DNA of 64,000 nucleotides from the human T2T-CHM13v2.0 reference genome, Homo sapiens. Position numbers and translations under genes: made by a program. This document shows positions 57,858-64,000 of the stretch, piece by piece (positions within the stretch are counted from its first letter, which is position 1; every line of letters begins with the position of its first letter). The stretch is taken from the NCBI RefSeq assembly GCF_009914755.1, contig NC_060938.1. The stretch is one strand, 5' to 3'. The notes below the pieces were generated by a model. That model did no database searches, had not been told where the DNA came from, and saw only the letters and a program-made list of their open reading frames with translations.

Positions 57858-58500
57858 ATTTTTTTTTATTGTGGTAAGAACAGAACTTGAGATCTACCCT
57901 TCTAACAGATTTTTTTGTAGTACAATACAGTATTGGTAGCCCTAGGCACCATGTAGGACAGCAGATCTCTAGAACTGATTCATCTCATGTAGTAAATTTT
58001 ACACACATTGATTAGCAGCTCCTCATTTCTTTCTCTCCCTAGCCCCTGTTAATCAGCATTCTACTCTTTGCTTCTATGAATTTGACTATTTTAGATACCT
58101 GATACTAAGTAGAATCATGCATTATTTGTTTTTCTGTGACTTGCTTTTTTCACTTAGCATAATATCTTCAAGGTTCATCCATGTCCCAGGCATTATCACA
58201 GTGCACTAAAACCTCAAATTCCTGGCCTCAAGTCCTCCTACCTCCTCAGCTTTCTAGAGGTATTTGGACTACAGGCACAGGGACTACTACAGAAGCACAC
58301 CACCGCACCTAGCTCCATGTTGTCTCATGCCGAGGAATTTTCTTCTTTAAGGCTGAATATTATTCTATTGTATGTATATAACATCTTTTCCTTATCCATT
58401 CATCTGTGGATGGTCATTTAGGTTGTTTTTATGTCTTGGCCATTGTAAATACTGCTGCAATGAACATGTGAGTGCTAATGTATCTTCAAAACCCTAATTT
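57858..58500 (-). mobile_element. L1MB1/2-like 3' end
   Basis: TTTATTGTGGTAAGAACA..GAGATCTACCCT..CAGCAGATCTCTAGAAC..TTATCCATTCATCTGTGGATGG. Confidence 0.85.
58185..58313 (-). mobile_element. Alu monomer fragment (FAM/FRAM-like) inside the L1MB
   Basis: AACCTCAAATTCCTGGCCTCAAG..CCTCAGC..GGACTACAGGCAC; flanked by TCCATGT direct repeats. Confidence 0.7.
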
Positions 58501-59554
58501 TACATTTTCTGCAACCTACTTGCAATTGTAGGCTGCCAAAATCAGAAGCTATAGTCTGCTTAAACTCTGATCTTGAATAACCCCTGGTCTACTGTCATTT
58601 ACTTGGAAGGAGTGGTTTTCATAAAATATAATTTAAATCTGAATTTAATTTCCTTAATATGTCTCCCAGGAAGCACTCTGATTTATACAGTTACAAAAGA
58701 AAAGTGAAATGTGACAAAAGAATAAGAAATACAGAAAAGTGTCTTTGTAGATTTTTTTATATAACTAGATTCTACTTAACCAGTGGAAAAGGCTTAGGAA
58801 GCAAATTTGTTTTTATATAGTATTTTTGTCAACAAAAAAGTCAGCCTCTTTCCACCCCCTAAAAATGGGAAACAGACCTTTAAGAAATATAATTTTAAAA
58901 TGGTAATATGGTATTAAATTTCCAAGGTGCCTGCATATATTTGTGAAGCTGTGAGTAAAAAAAGCCTAGTTACTGAGAGCTTGGAGGCAAGTGTATATAG
59001 CATTGGCATCCCTGAGATCTGTGCATTCTTTGCCAGGGAATGAACATAGGCAGGGAATGAACAAGTATAGCTGCACATTAAGAAAGAAATTATTTTACCC
59101 TTTTTCCTATTTTCCATAACTCTCAGATGTTGGAATTTATGAGAGGTATGGGTGCAAGAGAGGTATGTGGTGGTGGCAACAAGACCAAGAAACTATATTT
59201 AGAGAAGGAGGTCTGCAAGACCTATATCTGTGTTCCACTGGCCAGCAAAGAAATAAAGAACAAAGATGGACCAGAAATTGCATAAATATTTTTAAGTGTG
59301 ATGGTACATAAAAACAAGCATATTTTAAATTTTCCAACTTGCAGATATTATTAGTCTATGATGGTAGCTATTTTAAGAGTTGAAATAAAGAAAGCTGTAT
59401 CAGTCTTGTAGAAGAAGATGAAAAACGAACTGAGGAATGAACAAAAAGTTCAGAGTTGAAATTGTGAAAATAAAAATCTGAGCATACAGTTTTGAGATGT
59501 AGGTAGTGTTTCCATGAATTTTAGTTATGCTTTTCAGAATGACAGATATCCCAT

Positions 59555-60800
59555 ACCTGTCAGTTCAGAAATATTTAATGGTACTTACTAGGTGCCAGGT
59601 ACTGTTTTAAGCAGTGAATAATTCAGAATTCCTGCATCCAGGAGGTTACATTGGCCCACATTTTCAGGAGTTGAAAAGTGTTTTTTATGCACACACACAA
59701 ACACATACACACATATGTAAATATATATGTAAAATAGGACATACAATGGAAGGGGGGCACTTTAGCACAGTGAAGAAAGGTATCTCTGAGAAAATTTGGT
59801 TGGAACTTGAGTGATGTGCAAAAATCCTGGAGAATAGCATCCCTAACAGAAAGAACAGCAAGATCAAAGGCCCTGGGGATGCGAACAACATTTGGCTATT
59901 AAAGGGACAGAAGTAAGGCCAGTATGGCTAGAGTGTAGTGAACATGGAGAGAGCTTAGATCAGAGAGGTAGGTAAGGGCCAGAATACACACGATCTTAGG
60001 AGCCATGGTAGAAGTTTATTCTGGTTGTGATGGTATGCCAGTGGTGTTGAGAAAAGAAGAAAATTGTGATACAAATTCAGAAAAACACTGTAGAGGATGG
60101 ATCATTGGAGACAGCGAGAGACAGGGATATCTGTTGGGAAGTTAATGTAGTGTTCCAGGTGAGAGGTGATGGTGGTTTGGACTAGGGTTCTAGCAATGGA
60201 AAAGGTGAGAAATGACCCAATAGGTGATGTATATTTGAGATAGAGACAGAAAGTAATTGGTAAATTGGTTATTGAGTGTGAGGGGAAAGAAAAGAATACT
60301 CAAGTATCAATCCAAGTTGTTAGGTTTGAGAAACCATATGAGTAGTGAGCCATTCAGTGAGTTTTGGTGAATAAGTACACTTTGAGGATAAGTACACTTT
60401 ACAGGGTAGAAAGTGTGTCCTACTTGGGTTTTATTAAGATGCAGTGGTGATGACAAGTTAAGTAGTTTATTAATCTGCAGCAAAGGTAAATTGACTAGTC
60501 TGGACATATGACTAGGAGGACCATTGGCATAGATATTGTTTTAAGCCATTGGTGGGAAGAAAAGTCACCTAAGGGGAGATGGCACTAAGAAAAAGGTTGA
60601 GGGGAGTCCTTTAAGGCAATCCAACATTTAAAAGTCTGACAGGGGAGGAGGAGCTAACAAAGACAACTGAGGAAGTGCAAGCAGTGAAGGAGCAGAAAAA
60701 TCTGATAAGAGCGTTTACCTAGTCATACAGAGAGAGTTTCAACAGAGAAAAAAATCAAACGTGAAAAAATTGTTGAGAAGTAGAAGATAAAGATGGAGAA
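59555..60800 (-). mobile_element. L2 LINE
   Basis: ATATTTAATGGTACTTACTAGGTGCCAGGTACTG; TTCCAGGTGAGAGGTGATGGTGGTTTGGACTAGGG. Confidence 0.8.
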
Positions 60801-61399
60801 CCATTGGTGACTATTTGCTTCTAAGTGATGATCTTCCCTCGTTGGGCCATTGAACTTCCCCTTGTTGGTGGCGCCCTGACTCATCCTCAGGAAAGCAATC
60901 CTAGTTCCTGGTCAGGATACATTCTCAGGGTCTCACTTCACCAAATTAACCTATTGCCTAGTTTTTGGCTTGCTTCTGAATGGCTAGGGTGGCTATATAT
61001 GCCACTTTCCTCAGGGAAAACTTAGATAATGTTTAAGTGTTTCATTTTATGACCAAAAGTGTTTGATCAATTATATGGTCACTCTACAAACAATCCTATA
61101 AATCTGAAGCAACAGGGGCAAGGACTGGTTATAGGGAAAATATATTCTGCATGTAAAATGCAGAAGAGTATTTACTGTTTTTCAGCTGAGTCCTGTGAGG
61201 GCCACTGAGATTCGGTGTAGTTCTGCTAGACATGAGTTGACAGACCTGACCAGGTACAGTGAGATTGACTGTTCCAAACTGCATTTCCTTGTATATGGCA
61301 TTGAAGATTAAGAAAGGGAGTAATCTTGTATTCATATTGCCTATCTGCAGACTCAGGAGATACCTCATTAGGTATTCTCAGTTTGGTTCTGGAGCGGTT

Positions 61400-61570
61400 T
61401 CAGTGTTTCCTAACCTCTTTCATGTCATTGCACATATTGAACATGATAACGTATCTTGCTGCTCAGTGGAGTAAATGTACCAAGGCTATGACTTGCCTGG
61501 AGGACAAGACTCAGTACATGAGTAAGCCATCCACAGCACATCAGTGTGTCACAGCACATTACAGGGATGG
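61400..61570. mobile_element. hAT-Charlie MITE-like remnant
   Basis: CAGTGTTTCCTAACCT terminus and CAGCACATCAGTGTGTCACAGCACA motif. Confidence 0.45.
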
Positions 61571-63624
61571 CTGCATGAGAAAACATGCTCCCTAGGAAGC
61601 AGGTGAGATAGTCTTGAAGAAATTTACAAGAGGCAAGGGAAATAGCCAATGTGATATAGGACTGAAAATGCCTGCTCATGAGAAAGTGAACACAGTAGTT
61701 TCAGCTGGAGTCCTCATTTAATTCAGTACTGGGGGGAAATATGCTGGTTGAAAAAGAAAGACGTTTCAAATTAGAATTAGTATCGTCTATCAGCATTCTA
61801 AATTTTCTATAGGTTGAGAAAATACATTCATGTTTCCAATGTCACTTGTTTAGAGAATAGTTTGTATTGATGGATTTCTACCCCTTCTAAGATAACGTAA
61901 ACAAAATTAGCACAGTCTAAATTTATAAAAATTTAGCTCTTCCATTTGTGTTTATGTTCACAGCTCTTGGATTTAAAAAAAAAACTGAGGTAAACTGACT
62001 CCAACTGCATTCCTAACTACTTCTAATAATACTTCTATGGCCTGGAAATTGGCTTATTTTCTAAATTTGGGGAGTATCAGAACAGAACTGCAGAAATCTT
62101 GTTTTACTACACTTTGAATTCTTTAAAGCAAGGCTCAAGAGAAACTTATTGAATAATTCAACAACATAATTCCTAAAGGACTACACACTGATTCCAGTGA
62201 AAGAGCCTCATTTGATAAAAGAACCCTAACTATAACAGCTGAGATTGAGGAGAATTAGAAGGTTGGGATGGGAGATAATTATTGAATGTTAATTAATCCA
62301 CAAAGGTGAGATATTTCGAGTCTGGACTTTGGGATTTTAAATTTCATCCTTAATTTGCCAAAAAAATTATATTCAATTTATCATAGACAATTTTACAATA
62401 GATGGGATTTTTATATTCAAATTTGAGACATTTCTAGAATGGTAGTATTTTGTTGTTGGAATCTTGATATTGCCATTTGATCTTACTGCAAAACCCCTGC
62501 TAGGCCCTATTGGACAAAGCAGTTGAATGTCATTTAGCATGGGAAATACCACAGGCCATGAAATTTTAGCCCTGAATATGGAAGGGATATATTACAGAGG
62601 GTGTCTGATTAACCTTTGCTCTAACATAATTTCTTCAGTGATAAGATAACAGTCTTCCACAACACTTACTCTGCCTGTCTGAATCTTCACATTTTCTCTA
62701 TACTTGGATCTCTGCTAGCTGACTGTTCTGTTGTTACTTGAGGAGACATTCTGATTTTGGATTCAGCATAAAATTCTGACTAATGGCCCTTTTATCCAAC
62801 TATGTGCAACTCCTGGCATTAGACTTACCTTAATATGGTCATCTCAAAGTACTTATCCAGGTATTTACTCAATTATTTAATTACATGATATAGCTTTTTA
62901 CTTTCGTATACCTCTGTGCTAAACTTTTCCTTGTCTTCCTTGATATATCCCAATGCCATCCAAGACCTAGTCCTGACACTGATTATTCAGTTGTTCTGCC
63001 TGGGCCTGAGCTTTTTAGTGTGACTCAAGTCACAGCTTCATGTTTGTGTTTATATCCAACCTGAACTTCTTGAAGAAGGTAGTTTGACATGGATTATAAA
63101 AATAATGTTTGTTATCAGAGTACATGGAATAGAAAGTTGACAATAAAAGTAAGTCCATTATCTCAGCAAAGCAATATTTTGTCCCATTAGTGGTGAGATA
63201 GAAAATTTTTAAAATTATGGAATTTTAAGATCAATTTATCTCAACATTTTACATATATAATAGAATAATTGTTCTATATGTAATAGGATACTAGAGCTAT
63301 CAAAGGTTTCTTCCCTCCTTTTCCTTCTGTCTCTTTTTGCAGAGCTGGGATACAGACTCATTCACCTGGCTCCAGAACCTGAGGCTAAAACTCCTGGGAA
63401 TCACTACCTCTGACAACATTGTGCTTTAGATCCCATGAGCTGTCTCTTCCTTTCATATATTTTATGAATTTATTTCCAAGGATGGGAGGCTGACTTCCTT
63501 GAACCAAATGAAGATAGTAAATACTGTCCAAATAGCAGATGACAGGTGTCATGAAGCTCAACTCTTAAAAACATTGTATTTTTTACTTTGGATCCCACAC
63601 TAGTTAGATGATACTTCAGATTTA

Positions 63625-63782
63625 CCCATAGACTGGGTAGCTTGAACAAAATACATTTATTTCTCAAAGTTCTGGAGACTGAGAAGTCCAAGATCAAGGT
63701 GCTAGCAGATTCAGTTCCTGGTAAGGGCCCTCTTCCTGGCTTGCAGATGGGCACCTTCTCACTGTATCCTCATATGGTGGAG

Positions 63783-63829
<47 letters not shown>

Positions 63830-64000
63830 AGAGAGAGAGCGAGAGCATGAGCTCTCTGGTCTCGTCTTATAAAGGCACTAATTCCATCATGAGGACCTCA
63901 CCCCCATGCCCTCATCTAAACCCAATCACCTCCCAAAGGCCCTATCTCTAATGCCATCACATTGAGGGTTAGGGCTTCAATATATGATTTTGGGGGGACA
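63625..64000 (-). mobile_element. MLT1A-like LTR containing a (CA)n(GA)n microsatellite (63785-63839)
   Basis: TTCTGGAGACTGAGAAGTCCAAGATCAAGGTG...CACCTCCCAAAGGCCC...TTTGGGGGGACA. Confidence 0.85.

Noticed and set aside
49540-60400. Short 13-14 bp duplications (TATTGATAAATAAC x2 near 49545; ATAAGTACACTTT x2 near 60370)
   Set aside because: Ordinary slippage-type duplications.

Overview
Primate (very likely human) AT-rich, CpG-depleted non-coding DNA, intronic or intergenic. I recognise no host protein-coding exon, RNA gene, CRISPR array or prokaryotic system. The recognisable content is almost entirely interspersed repeats: two ERV1 solo LTRs (MER41-type at 134-647; MER4-group at 1110-1857), an internally deleted HERV-L provirus with MLT2A LTRs (35299-40471; disabled gag-pro-pol-dUTPase), several L1s, Alus (including a young AluYe-type copy and a close inverted pair), THE1/MLT1 LTRs, L2, MIR, hAT remnants and microsatellites. 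The only ORFs with recognisable products are L1 ORF2 and HERV-L fragments. The most notable extra signals are a possible MLT2A-driven spliced transcript, loss of the poly(A) signal from the plus-strand ERV1/HERV-L LTRs, a cluster of locally templated repeats at 13.4-14.6 kb, and several hairpins and atypical retro-insertions. Repeat subfamily names come from remembered consensus sequences and need RepeatMasker/Dfam confirmation. I found no convincing new biological system.
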